Source: Candidatus Undinarchaeota archaeon
GTDB lineage: Archaea; SpSt-1190
Assembly: GCA_964449215.1 (NCBI GenBank)
Contig: CAYVAH010000002.1
Span: forward strand, 1-50,207
Length of the DNA stretch: 50,207 nt
Direction of reading: 5' to 3'
Positions 15,342 to 24,654 of this stretch are shown one piece after another. The translations under genes were made by a program, and so were the position numbers. The notes beneath the pieces were generated by a model. The model was given only the letters and a program-made list of their open reading frames with translations. It had not been told where the DNA came from and did no database searches. Position 1 is the stretch's first letter, and every line of letters starts with the position of its first letter.

Positions 15342-15691
15342 TGGAACTGAAAATAATCGAAGACAGGAAGAACCCCCTTCTTGAGAGGAGGGAGGTCAGG
15401 TTTCAGGTAACACATGAAGGAAAGCCGACACCACCAAAATATGAGGTGGCGGAAAAGCTTGCCGCGAAGCTCAACGCAAAAACCGAACTTATGGTAATAG
15501 AGCATTATACCACACAGTTCGGGAAGAACGTAAGCAACGGCATCTGCCTGATATACAAGAACGAGAAGGCAATGATTCGCGCAGAACCGACCAAGCTGGT
15601 GAACCCAAAGAAAAGACTGGGGTTAAAGGAAAAAGCCAGGGAGAAAGAGGAGGCGAAAGAAGGTGAAGCACAAGCCGAGCAAAAAGAGTAG
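15338..15691 (+). CDS. rps24e: 30S ribosomal protein S24e
   Basis: [27 protein letters not shown]; position in the rpoE operon. Confidence 0.95.
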   Translation: MMELKIIEDRKNPLLERREVRFQVTHEGKPTPPKYEVAEKLAAKLNAKTELMVIEHYTTQFGKNVSNGICLIYKNEKAMIRAEPTKLVNPKKRLGLKEKAREKEEAKEGEAQAEQKE

Positions 15692-15830
15692 CCTGTATGA
15701 GCTCAAGGAAGGCAAGCTCAACCGGACCCGCAGGTCCTGCCCGAAATGCGGACCGGGGGTGTTCCTGGCAAAACACGGCAACAGGGTGCACTGTGGAAGG
15801 TGTGGATACACCGAGTTCATAAAAGCTTAA
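15663..15830 (+). CDS. rps27ae: 30S ribosomal protein S27ae
   Basis: Manual translation (below the ORF-track cutoff): [55 protein letters not shown]. Confidence 0.95.
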   Translation: MKHKPSKKSSLYELKEGKLNRTRRSCPKCGPGVFLAKHGNRVHCGRCGYTEFIKA

Positions 15831-15861
15831 ATTCTCCCCTTTGTTATCTGGAGGGGATGGG

Positions 15862-15999
15862 ATGAACACGATTGAGTTCCTTTGGTACGTTTTGCTGTTT
15901 GTCCTCAGCCTTTTTGCCGGGCTGCTGGCAGGTAACTTTTTCGGGGAAAGCAAAGCGGAGGAATCAAGATACAACTACTTGAGTGGTGGGAAAAAATGA
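15862..15999 (+). CDS. 45-aa single-TM microprotein
   Basis: MNTIEFLWYVLLFVLSLFAGLLAGNFFGESKAEE...; GGAGGGG SD; ATGA overlap with the next ORF. Confidence 0.6.
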   Translation: MNTIEFLWYVLLFVLSLFAGLLAGNFFGESKAEESRYNYLSGGKK

Positions 16000-16133
16000 T
16001 ATCCAAAACAGACCTGGTGGTGATTGCCGTCGGGTATGTGATGGGCCTGGCTCTTGGTTACTGGTATGGTATGAAATCCGGAACTCAGAGGTTCTGGAGG
16101 ATGCCAAGTGCGAGCTGGAAGGTGAGAAAGTGA
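15996..16133 (+). CDS. 45-aa single-TM microprotein
   Basis: MISKTDLVVIAVGYVMGLALGYWYGMKSG...; overlapping start/stop on both sides. Confidence 0.55.
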   Translation: MISKTDLVVIAVGYVMGLALGYWYGMKSGTQRFWRMPSASWKVRK

Positions 16134-16492
16134 TCCAGGTCGCTGTGGTCGGAGACCCCGAAGCAGCCTTCCACGCCGCCAAGAAGGGGCTGGCAGTCCT
16201 TGGTATAGAACCTGAGCTGGAGAGCCATGTATCGAAAGCCGGGGGGGTTTTCATATTCTTTGGGGACCGGAAGTGCAAGCTTTCAGTGGTCTTCAACAAT
16301 GTTGCTGACGCAGCCTCGAAGATGGTTGACTCCGCCGAAATTGTGATAATAGGGAAGGGAAGACTGGCAGAATTCACAAAAAGGGTGGCGGAAATAAAGG
16401 GGAAACAGTATGTCGAGGGCAGGGGAAAAGATGCTGTGGAAAAGGCAAAAGAAAAGCTCGTGAGGTTCAACCTGTTCGGCATCAAGTCTTAG
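16130..16492 (+). CDS. hypothetical alpha/beta protein (possibly derived from a small-GTPase fold)
   Basis: GTG at 16130 after GGTGA, overlapping the previous stop; MIQVAVVGDPE...AEIVIIGK...QYVEGRGKDAVEKA. Confidence 0.6.
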   Translation: MIQVAVVGDPEAAFHAAKKGLAVLGIEPELESHVSKAGGVFIFFGDRKCKLSVVFNNVADAASKMVDSAEIVIIGKGRLAEFTKRVAEIKGKQYVEGRGKDAVEKAKEKLVRFNLFGIKS

Positions 16493-17189
16493 GTGGCTCT
16501 TCCTCAGGGACAACCTCATCTTCCGGGATCTCCTCCAGATCGGCACCCTCAACCTCAGGAGCAACCTCCACCTTGGCGGGCTCCTCCTTCTCCTCTGCAA
16601 ACTTCTTCTTGATTTCATCGCTGAAATCCGCATCAGGGGGAAGTATCGCCACCCGGACGCCCACAATTCCCAGCTTTGTCATGGCCTCGGAATACGCCAC
16701 CTCCACCTGATCAACAGCCTCCTGACCGCATTTTCTCAGCTTCCCGGCGACAAACTTCCATGTCTTGGCCCTGGCACTCGGGAGCTTACCGCTCAGCCGC
16801 ACCTCGACTCCCTTCGCCCCGGATTGCATTATCCTTGTAACCATTATGTTAGCAATCCTCTTGAAATACCCGCCACGCTCAAGAGAGCGGGCGATTCTCC
16901 AGGCAACAATATGAGGGTCAAGGAAAGGCTCCTTGACCTGCTCGACCTCAAGGTGGGGGTTCTCCACACCGAACTTCGAGCTCACATAGGATGTCAGCTT
17001 CTTTATGCTGTCACCGCCGGAACCTATCACAATCCCGGGCCTGAGAGCGTGTATTATGATTCGCGTCCCGAGAGGGGTCTTTTTCACCTCGGCATGGCTG
17101 AACCCGGCAACCTCCAGCTCCTTTTTCAAGAATTCTTCTATGTCGTGAGCCTTCTTTGCCTCATTTATGAAAAATCTCTCCACCGTCAT
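16482..17189 (-). CDS. rps3: 30S ribosomal protein S3
   Basis: KTPLGTRIIIHALRPGIVIGSGG (KH domain), GAKGVEVRLSGKL, KLGIVGVRVAI. Confidence 0.97.
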   Translation of the reverse strand: MTVERFFINEAKKAHDIEEFLKKELEVAGFSHAEVKKTPLGTRIIIHALRPGIVIGSGGDSIKKLTSYVSSKFGVENPHLEVEQVKEPFLDPHIVAWRIARSLERGGYFKRIANIMVTRIMQSGAKGVEVRLSGKLPSARAKTWKFVAGKLRKCGQEAVDQVEVAYSEAMTKLGIVGVRVAILPPDADFSDEIKKKFAEEKEEPAKVEVAPEVEGADLEEIPEDEVVPEEEPPKT

Positions 17190-17596
17190 TTTTTCTCCTC
17201 CCTCAGAACCATCAACACGCTCGCACGCCTGGAACGGACGGACACCCTTCCGAGCGACTTCGCACCAAGAGGCCGCTTGTGCCTGCCCCTGTAAACCTCC
17301 ACCATGGAAATGCGAAGCTTGTCCTCATCAGCACCGAGGTACCGGGCATTGGCAAGGGCATTATCCAGGAGCTTCAGGAAGTTCCGGGCAACCTTCACAG
17401 GACAACGGCTCGGCTTCCCCCGGTGGTGTGGAACCTCCTTGTTGTGCCTCCTCAACACCACCAGCTCCTGCTGGGCAGCCACCGCCTCAAGGAACTTCCT
17501 CGCCCTCTCAACAGGCATCCCCTTTATGGCTGCAGCTACCTCCCTCGAGTATTTCGGGGACATATTGACATTCCACAGTCTCGCCTTGGCTTCCAT
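17186..17596 (-). CDS. rpl22: 50S ribosomal protein L22
   Basis: MSPKYSREVAAAIKGM, VVLRRHNKEVPH, LLDNALANA. Confidence 0.94.
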   Translation of the reverse strand: MEAKARLWNVNMSPKYSREVAAAIKGMPVERARKFLEAVAAQQELVVLRRHNKEVPHHRGKPSRCPVKVARNFLKLLDNALANARYLGADEDKLRISMVEVYRGRHKRPLGAKSLGRVSVRSRRASVLMVLREEKK

Positions 17597-17602
17597 ATCA
17601 CA

Positions 17603-18001
17603 TCACTTCAGCGGTATGAACTTGCTGCTCCTTGTCGCTCCGACACCGGGGGCACTGTGCTGAACCCTCTTCCGGGTGCGGGCGAACTCGCCGAGATAGT
17701 GTCCGAGCTTCTCCGCATCCACCTTCACAGGCACATACTCCTTCCCGGCATGAACCATTATCGTCAGGCCGAGCATCTCCGGGACTATGGGCATGTCCCT
17801 GCAGTGGGTTTTCAGGGGCTTCGTTTCCCCCTTCTTCTTGGCCGCCCTTATCCTTTCAAGCAATCTCTTCTGATAGGGGGTCAATCCTCTCTTGAGCGCC
17901 CTGCGAATCCTCGCAGGGGCGACCCTGGCAAAATCCTCCAGGCTCATATTCGCCAGAGCCTCCTCCGACAGCCCCTTGTAATTGAACTTCTTCACCATCA
18001 C
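17603..18001 (-). CDS. rps19: 30S ribosomal protein S19
   Basis: FNYKG, PARIRRALKRG, KTHCRDMPIVPEM, GHYLGEF, PGVGATRSSKFIPLK. Confidence 0.97.
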   Translation of the reverse strand: MMVKKFNYKGLSEEALANMSLEDFARVAPARIRRALKRGLTPYQKRLLERIRAAKKKGETKPLKTHCRDMPIVPEMLGLTIMVHAGKEYVPVKVDAEKLGHYLGEFARTRKRVQHSAPGVGATRSSKFIPLK

Positions 18002-18717
18002 TTTCGCCTCTTCCTTCCGGTTCTCCTGGCAGCAATATAACCAACCTTCCTGCCGGGCGGCGCGTTCCTCGGGGAGGTCTGCGGCTTGCCAGCATGCCTG
18101 TGTTTCCTGCCTCCCCCGAATGGATGCTCAAAAGCGTTCATGCTGCTGGCGGAGACACGGGGCCAATACCTGTGCTTGGCCTTCATTATGTGAAACATCT
18201 TCCCCGCCTTGAGTATTGGCTTTTCCCGGATACCCGTCCCGGCCACAGTGCCAACAATCGCCCTGCACTCCGGATGGAGAAGCTTTATCTTCCCGGACGG
18301 CAGTTTAACACGAATCCTGTTCTCGTCCTTACCCATCACTATCGCAGAACCACCCGCCCCCCTGACAAGTTTTCCACCGTCCCCCGGAACCAGCTCAATG
18401 CAAAACACCCTTTCACCCTCAGGAACATTCTTCAAAGGAACAACATTTCCGGGGATGGCTGGAGCTTCCTCACCGGCTTCAACCACCTGACCAACAGAGA
18501 CCCCCGTAGCTGCAGGAACGACGAACACATCCTCTTCGGTCTGCACAACCGCCAGCGGTGCCGTCCTGGATGCATCCCTGATGAGTTCCACGAGGACTCC
18601 CCTTCCCGAGAAGCCCTTGAAACTGGAGCGAGGGCTATACCTGTGCCTGGGACTGCGCCATGTCGGCGCCCCCTTTCCCCTCCTTTGCTGGATAAGTGGT
18701 TTACCCATATGCATCAC
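17998..18717 (-). CDS. rpl2: 50S ribosomal protein L2
   Basis: QRRGKG, IELVPGDGGKLVRGAG, WPRVSASSMNAFEHPFGGG, PPGRKVGYIAARRTG. Confidence 0.97.
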   Translation of the reverse strand: MMHMGKPLIQQRRGKGAPTWRSPRHRYSPRSSFKGFSGRGVLVELIRDASRTAPLAVVQTEEDVFVVPAATGVSVGQVVEAGEEAPAIPGNVVPLKNVPEGERVFCIELVPGDGGKLVRGAGGSAIVMGKDENRIRVKLPSGKIKLLHPECRAIVGTVAGTGIREKPILKAGKMFHIMKAKHRYWPRVSASSMNAFEHPFGGGRKHRHAGKPQTSPRNAPPGRKVGYIAARRTGRKRRK

Positions 18718-18983
18718 AGTAACCCGAGGTTGGTAGCAACCTCCACAGCGCTATAATCCGGCCGCAGCTTTATATAGGCTTTCTTGACACCCTTGGTGGT
18801 TATCTCGGTATTCACCCGTTCCACCTTCACCTTGAACATCGCCTCGAAGGCTTCTCTCACCTTCTGCTTGTCGGCCCTCCGGTCCACCACAAACACGACC
18901 TTGTTCTGGTCAAGGAGCCTTATGGCTTTCTCAGTCCCCACGGGGTGGAGCAAAACACTTGTGGGATCATTTCTTTCTGACAT
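18714..18983 (-). CDS. rpl23: 50S ribosomal protein L23
   Basis: [33 protein letters not shown]. Confidence 0.96.
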   Translation of the reverse strand: MSERNDPTSVLLHPVGTEKAIRLLDQNKVVFVVDRRADKQKVREAFEAMFKVKVERVNTEITTKGVKKAYIKLRPDYSAVEVATNLGLL

Positions 18984-19125
18984 TTTTCATCCTCCGGGAC
19001 TTTCCAAATCCGCAGGAACCGCACTTCCCCTTTCGGAGGTTAAAGCTATGCTTGCCGCATCTCCTGCAGATGCCGTGCGTCCTGCCGCTCGACCTCTTAC
19101 CGAAGGAAGGGGTTCCCTTGCTCAT
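18967..19125 (-). CDS. rpl37e: 50S ribosomal protein L37e
   Basis: Manual translation: [52 protein letters not shown]; follows lsm as in many archaea. Confidence 0.96.
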   Translation of the reverse strand: MSKGTPSFGKRSSGRTHGICRRCGKHSFNLRKGKCGSCGFGKSRRMKNVRKK

Positions 19126-19130
19126 TTCAA

Positions 19131-19358
19131 TCACTTAGACGGTATTATCAGGACTATGGTGTCGCCGCGCACCATCACTCTACCGAGCTTGCGGCTGACC
19201 TCACCATCCTTCAACTCTTCAGCGTCATCCAGAACGACATTCAAGTGAATATCGAAAGCGAGAAGTTTTCCCCTCACCGTGTTGCCGTTTTTGAGCTCAA
19301 CGACTACCAGACTGTCTTTAGCCTCGTTTAAGGCGTCCAAAGGTCTCTCAATTGCCAT
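19131..19358 (-). CDS. lsm: Sm-like (Lsm/SmAP1) RNA-binding protein
   Basis: [14 protein letters not shown]...[14 protein letters not shown] (Sm1), [11 protein letters not shown] (Sm2). Confidence 0.96.
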   Translation of the reverse strand: MAIERPLDALNEAKDSLVVVELKNGNTVRGKLLAFDIHLNVVLDDAEELKDGEVSRKLGRVMVRGDTIVLIIPSK

Positions 19359-19457
19359 TCATATCACCTACGGATAGCTCCGTTGCGCTTTTTTAAACTT
19401 TGTCCTCTCAAAGCCCGCAGAGCAAAGATTTTTTAATCGCTTGGCAGAACTACGCCT

Positions 19458-19856
19458 ATGGCTATAGTTCACACAAAGGACCTGAAGAAACCCACCGGTG
19501 GACGTAGAAGACGCCACCGCAAGAAGAAAAAGGCAGACCTTGGAAGGCCGTTTGTCCCGGTAACGGTGGGGGAAGAGACCCGCAAGAACATAAGGACACG
19601 CGGGGGAAACAGGAAGGTCAGGATGCTGAAAGCAGGAATGGCAAACCTCGCCACGGGGAAGAAGGTCCAGAAGGTAAAAATAATAAGGGTTGTTGAAAAT
19701 CCGTGTAATCCTTTCTTCGTCAGGAGAAACATAGTCACCAAGGGTTCCGTGATTGAGACGGATAGAGGCTATGCCCGTGTAACTTCCAGGCCCGGCCAGG
19801 ACGGGCAGGTCAGCGCCGTGCTGCTGAAGGACTACACCCCCACCCGAAAAAAATAA
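19458..19856 (+). CDS. rps8e: 30S ribosomal protein S8e
   Basis: KKPTGGRRR, IRTRGGNRK, NIVTKGSVIETDRGYARVTSRPGQDG. Confidence 0.97.
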   Translation: MAIVHTKDLKKPTGGRRRRHRKKKKADLGRPFVPVTVGEETRKNIRTRGGNRKVRMLKAGMANLATGKKVQKVKIIRVVENPCNPFFVRRNIVTKGSVIETDRGYARVTSRPGQDGQVSAVLLKDYTPTRKK

Positions 19857-19932
19857 CTCAATAGTGAATGCTCCATGGGAAATACTGGCAAGTTCCCCCT
19901 CTCCATTTTTAATCGGCACCTGTTGGTGACAC

Positions 19933-21966
19933 GTGGAGACCGTTGTATCGGCAAAGCGGCTCGACCGGGAAAAGGTTTTTGACCGTGTCGAGTCCTTTGT
20001 AAGGGACGTGCTGCTGGAAGACGTCCTGAAGGCCGTTTCCCATGGCGAAAAATCGCTAATCGTGAATTTCACAGAGCTCGACAGGTATGACTACGAGCTG
20101 AGCGATGAACTCGTTGCCAACGCAGAGGAAGTCCTGAAAGCCTTCGAGGAAGCGATAGATGACCTCGGACTTTCTGATAAATCCATCAAGGTCCGGTTCC
20201 GGAACCTCCCAAGGTCAACCTGGTTCAAGATAAAGGACCTTCGGAGCGAACAGCTCGGGAAGTTCGTGACAGTCGAGGGGATAATAAGGCAGGCTTCGGA
20301 GGTCCGACCGGAAGTTGCGAAGACTGAGTGGGAATGCGCGGCCTGCCAGGAAAGAATCAGCATGTTCCAGACAGGACTCAACCTCAAGAAACCAAAGGAG
20401 TGCCCCAATTTCACCTGCAAGAACCGGAAGGATTTCATTCTCGTCGGAAAGGAGTTTGGAGACGTGCAGAGGGTTGTAATAGAGGAGAACCCCGAGAATC
20501 TCGAGGGCTCCGAACAGCCATCCAGACTCAATGTGATTTTGCGGCATGACCTTGTTGACCCGACCTTCCGCAGGAACCTCATGCCCGGGAACATAATCAG
20601 GGTGAGTGGAATACTCAAGGAAATGTCACTGAAGCAGGGGGATAGCGGAAAAAGGTATGACATATTCATGGAAGCAAATCACCTGGAATCTCTCTACCAG
20701 GAGTTCCAGGACATTGAGATAGAGCCAGAGGATGAAAAAAGGATAAAAGAAATCGCCTCGGCCGACCCGTGGAAACTCGTGGTGGATTCGATAGCCCCGA
20801 GCATCTATGGCCACAACGAAATAAAGAAAGCGATAGCCCTGCAGATGTTTGGAGGTGTCAGGAAGCAACGACCGGATGGAACCTGGAGCCGTGGGGACAT
20901 CCACCTGCTCCTTGTCGGTGACCCGGGAGCCGGAAAAAGCCAGATACTCAAATACGTGGCGGGAATAGCACCGAAAAGCAGGTATGTATCCGGGAAGGGT
21001 GCGAGTGCTGTCGGACTGACGGCAACGGTTGTGAAGGACGAGTTCCTCAAAGGGTGGACCCTCGAAGCAGGAGCGATAGTGCTCGCGAGCGGGGGGATTG
21101 CCTGCGTGGACGAGATTGACAAGATAAGCAAAGAAGACGTATTTGCCCTGCACGAAGCCATGGAACAGCAGAGCATAACCATAGCAAAGGCAAACATATT
21201 CGCCACACTCCGTTCCGAGACAAGCATACTCTCAGCAGCAAACCCGAAGTTCGGGCGGTTTGACCTCAACACCCCCATAGCCGAGCAGATTTCCCTGCCG
21301 GAAACAATACTCAGCAGGTTTGACCTGATTTTCCCCGTAAAGGACATACCAAATCCAAAGATAGACGAGGCACTTGCCAGCCACATACTTTCCCTCCACA
21401 AGAGTCCCGAAATTTCAAAGCCCGCAATACCTCCCAAGGACATGAGGAAGTACATCGCCTATGCCAAAAGGAACATCCACCCCAAGATAACTGATGATGC
21501 CCTGAACAAGATAAAGGAGTTCTTCGTGGACCTGAGACGGGAGTATTCAGACGGCTCCTCGGTCCCCATAAGCCCCAGACAGCTTGAAGCACTGGTGAGG
21601 ATGACGGAAGCATCCGCCCGATTGAGGCTGAGCCCCGTAGCAACGGTGGAGGACGCTGCAAAAGCAATCGACCTTATGAAGTACACGCTGTACCAGCTCG
21701 CCTATGACACCGAAACGGGAAGACTCGACATAGACCGCATGGAAACTGCCACACCATCAAGCAAGAGAAGCAAGATAATGACGGTGCTTGAGATACTCCG
21801 GGAGCTTGAAAAGGAATTCGGGAAGGAAATACCCAAGGCCAAGGTAATCGAAGAGGCGGAGGCAAGAAAGCTCCAGATAGACGAGGTTGAGCGCGTGCTG
21901 GACGACCTTCGGGCCAAGGGCTACATAATAGAACCAAAATCCGGAATAATTGAGAGGGTGGAGTGA
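19933..21966 (+). CDS. mcm: replicative helicase MCM
   Basis: Zn motif CAAC...CPNFTC, Walker A GDPGAGKS, LEAGAIVLASGGIACVDEIDK, LSRFDL, SPRQLE, C-terminal winged helix. Confidence 0.97.
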   Translation: METVVSAKRLDREKVFDRVESFVRDVLLEDVLKAVSHGEKSLIVNFTELDRYDYELSDELVANAEEVLKAFEEAIDDLGLSDKSIKVRFRNLPRSTWFKIKDLRSEQLGKFVTVEGIIRQASEVRPEVAKTEWECAACQERISMFQTGLNLKKPKECPNFTCKNRKDFILVGKEFGDVQRVVIEENPENLEGSEQPSRLNVILRHDLVDPTFRRNLMPGNIIRVSGILKEMSLKQGDSGKRYDIFMEANHLESLYQEFQDIEIEPEDEKRIKEIASADPWKLVVDSIAPSIYGHNEIKKAIALQMFGGVRKQRPDGTWSRGDIHLLLVGDPGAGKSQILKYVAGIAPKSRYVSGKGASAVGLTATVVKDEFLKGWTLEAGAIVLASGGIACVDEIDKISKEDVFALHEAMEQQSITIAKANIFATLRSETSILSAANPKFGRFDLNTPIAEQISLPETILSRFDLIFPVKDIPNPKIDEALASHILSLHKSPEISKPAIPPKDMRKYIAYAKRNIHPKITDDALNKIKEFFVDLRREYSDGSSVPISPRQLEALVRMTEASARLRLSPVATVEDAAKAIDLMKYTLYQLAYDTETGRLDIDRMETATPSSKRSKIMTVLEILRELEKEFGKEIPKAKVIEEAEARKLQIDEVERVLDDLRAKGYIIEPKSGIIERVE

Positions 21967-22821
21967 CTACTCAAGCAGGTCTATTGAATCAACTATGCCG
22001 TCACCATCTTCATCGAACCCCTGAACAACTATGAAACCGTTCTCCGCAGCTCTGTTAAAATGCTTCCTCAAACCGAGAATGGCAGCACGGGTCCCGGAAG
22101 AAGTCCGCCCGGCCACCTCCATTATCTTTTTCCCCGGGTCCTCCGGGTTTCCGGTCACAGCCACGAATCCACACCAGTCCTCAAAATACTCCTTCGTTGG
22201 ACTCTTTATGGAACGGTCAACGAATCTCACAGGCATAAAGTTGTTGAACCTCGCCGCCACCGTATTGACCACAGGCCCACCAAGGATTATCAAGTTGCCC
22301 TTCGCCCTTTTCAGCTCAATGTCCGTGTAGATGAAAGGCCACGGGATTGTCCCCATACGGCCGAAGAATGACGCAATTTCCGCCGCAAGATGTCCATCCC
22401 TGGCCCTGGCACGGTTCGGCCCGTGGGGATCGGGAGAGCCAACAACTATGTGAGCATTCACAACCCCCCCAACCACAAAAGGGGGGTAATCACTGTAAGC
22501 AACAACCTCACCACCCAGGGAACCGGGCATTATGTACCCGAACGCAGTTGCCCTCGGGGCGACCAGCTTTGCCTTCCCCCCACGCATCTGCCTTTCCTCA
22601 ACCTCCTGAAGGACGCCGGCCCTCTTCAGGACCTTTATGTGGTAGTAAACCCTCTGTTCAATCATCCCAAGCTTTCTGGCTATTTCCACGGGGTACATCG
22701 GCTTTTCCAGGGTCATCTTCATTATTTTCTCCCTGATCGGGTGTGAAACTGCCTTGAGAAAAGCGGGGTTCCTGGAAACCACGGCACTGAACATGACGGA
22801 GTCCTTGACAATGGCGTCCAT
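21967..22821 (-). CDS. ArsR-type HTH regulator with C-terminal GGPxVN domain
   Basis: AVSHPIREKIMKM...MYPVEIARKLGMIEQRVYYHIKVL; GSPDPHGP; NLIILGGPVVN. Confidence 0.8.
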   Translation of the reverse strand: MDAIVKDSVMFSAVVSRNPAFLKAVSHPIREKIMKMTLEKPMYPVEIARKLGMIEQRVYYHIKVLKRAGVLQEVEERQMRGGKAKLVAPRATAFGYIMPGSLGGEVVAYSDYPPFVVGGVVNAHIVVGSPDPHGPNRARARDGHLAAEIASFFGRMGTIPWPFIYTDIELKRAKGNLIILGGPVVNTVAARFNNFMPVRFVDRSIKSPTKEYFEDWCGFVAVTGNPEDPGKKIMEVAGRTSSGTRAAILGLRKHFNRAAENGFIVVQGFDEDGDGIVDSIDLLE

Positions 22822-22911
22822 TAAAACATAAATTTGAATGCTTTAAAAAACTTATTTTTGTCATCGCTCCGGGCAGAAATGCTTAAAACACAGAGGGGTG
22901 GATAAGTGCAT

Positions 22912-23017
22912 GGGCCCGTAGCTCAGCCGGTCAGAGCGCCGGTCTTATATGGCCGCCTCTGGCATAGGGACGACCTAAGAAAGCCGGAGGTCCGGGGTTC
23001 GAGTCCCCGCGGGCCCA
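22912..23017 (+). tRNA. tRNA-Ile(TAT) with 32-nt intron at 37/38 (22950-22981)
   Basis: GGGCCCG/CGGGCCC-A acceptor stem, GCTC/GAGC D stem, CCGGT-CT-TAT-A|intron|A-GCCGG, GGTTCGAGTC T arm; BHB with CTTA/TAAG central helix. Confidence 0.92.
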
Positions 23018-23071
23018 GCCAAATTAAGACAAATGTCGAGTAACAATTTTATACTCGACTAACCAACCCTG

Positions 23072-24340
23072 TTGATGCGAATCGCACTCCTCAGCGAGAG
23101 TTATCTTCCCCACACCGATGGCGTGGCACATATGATGGCAAGGGTGGTAGATGAGCTCCAAAAGAAGCACGAGATTCTCGTGATTACCTTGGATGAAAAG
23201 GAAAGTGTTGAAACGAATGGCGTAACAGTTCACAGGCTCAAGGGGACACCCCTCAGGGCATACCCCAAATGCAAGTACAGGGTGCGGCCCCCTTACGGAA
23301 AAATCCTTAAGATTCTGGGGGATTTTGAACCGGACGTCATTCACACTCAAACCTCCCTGACCCTCGGAGCGGCCGGAAAGCACGCAGCAAACGAGATGGG
23401 AATCCCAATTGTCTCCACATTCCACACAGACCTGGAGGGGTTCGCCACAGAAATCATTAGACAGGGAAACCTGAAAGTAAATCCTCTCACAAGGGCAGCA
23501 CTTTCATCAAGGTTCGGAAAAAAGCTTGCATTGAAAATCATCGACAGGTTTTCGCATCCCATCCTCTACTCCTACTTAAACGTCGTCGACGCTGTGACCT
23601 CCCCCTCCGACCCAATCACAGAGCTCCTGATAGGAAAGGGCGTATCGGAGGAGCGGATACGCAAGGTCCCGAACCCAATAGAGCTCAATCCCGACTCCAT
23701 ATCAGGAGAGGAGTTCAGGGATAAGTGGGGAGTGGAGGGATTTATGGTCCTTCATGTCGGGAGGTTAAGCTGGGAAAAGAGAATAGACAAGATTCTGGAA
23801 ACCGCGGCGAGGGTGAAGGACGCCACCTTCGTGATAACCAGCGAGGGTCCTCTCGGAGATGATCTGAAGAACGCGGCAGCCAGAATGGGGCTCGACAATG
23901 TGAAGTTCACAGGATACTTGCCGTATAAGGAACTTTACGGGGCATACCATGCTTCTGATTGTTTCCTTGCCGCATCCCCCTACGAGACATTTAACATCTC
24001 CGCGGCTCAGGCCCTTTCCTTCGGCAAACCCATAATCGGGGTCAAGAGGCTTGGCCTGATGGAGTTCATCAAACACGGAAAGAACGGTTTCCTCGTGGAA
24101 CTCAATGACAAGGAAATCAGCAACTATGAAAGGTATATCCGGATGCTGATGGGGGACGCCGAGCTGAAAAGGTCCATGGGAAAAAAATCACGGAGGATCG
24201 CCCTGAGGTTTGAGAAGCGAAGGGTCGCAAGGAAATTCCTGGAAGTGTATAAAAGTGCCGAAACAAACGGGTTCAGTGAGTGGAAGGAATGCAGGTATCT
24301 CACGGCATTGCTGGCCTTCGTCAAGGCCGCGAGAATTTGA
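23072..24340 (+). CDS. GT4 family glycosyltransferase
   Basis: SESYLPHTDGVA, DVIHTQT, HVGRLSWEKRID, ETFNISAAQALSFGKPII. Confidence 0.92.
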   Translation: MMRIALLSESYLPHTDGVAHMMARVVDELQKKHEILVITLDEKESVETNGVTVHRLKGTPLRAYPKCKYRVRPPYGKILKILGDFEPDVIHTQTSLTLGAAGKHAANEMGIPIVSTFHTDLEGFATEIIRQGNLKVNPLTRAALSSRFGKKLALKIIDRFSHPILYSYLNVVDAVTSPSDPITELLIGKGVSEERIRKVPNPIELNPDSISGEEFRDKWGVEGFMVLHVGRLSWEKRIDKILETAARVKDATFVITSEGPLGDDLKNAAARMGLDNVKFTGYLPYKELYGAYHASDCFLAASPYETFNISAAQALSFGKPIIGVKRLGLMEFIKHGKNGFLVELNDKEISNYERYIRMLMGDAELKRSMGKKSRRIALRFEKRRVARKFLEVYKSAETNGFSEWKECRYLTALLAFVKAARI

Positions 24341-24614
24341 ATCTCTTCTTTAGCTCAGGGGACAGCCTTTCGGGGGTCCAAGGGGGATCAAAGACCAGCT
24401 CAACCTCGGGGTCAAAACCAAGCTCCCGTAGCCTGTTTTCAACACTTGAGAGCATCACGCCACCAAGGGGGCACATGGGCGTGGTAAGCGCCATCTTCAC
24501 CTTCACATTCTTGCCATCAACGTCCACGCCATAAACCAGACCAAGGTCAACAATACTGACGCCAAGCTCGGGGTCCTTCACATCTCTGAGGGCCTCCAAG
24601 ACCTTCCTGTCCAT
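24321..24614 (-). CDS. DUF59/MIP18 (SufT/PaaD-like) Fe-S assembly protein
   Basis: VKDPELGVSIVDLGLVY, MALTTPMCPL, VFDPPWTPE. Confidence 0.93.
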   Translation of the reverse strand: MDRKVLEALRDVKDPELGVSIVDLGLVYGVDVDGKNVKVKMALTTPMCPLGGVMLSSVENRLRELGFDPEVELVFDPPWTPERLSPELKKRFKFSRP

Positions 24615-24654
24615 GAGCGAAAAAGAAGCAAGAAAATAAAAAAGATATGGCAGC

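Noticed and set aside
14588-15505. 305-aa minus-strand ORF
   Set aside because: Lies entirely antisense to rpo7-spt4-rps24e.
15983-16129. ORF-track N-terminus MVGKNDIQNRPGG... of the 169-aa ORF
   Set aside because: This stretch is better explained by two overlapping TM micro-ORFs; the SD-supported GTG at 16130 is the likelier start.
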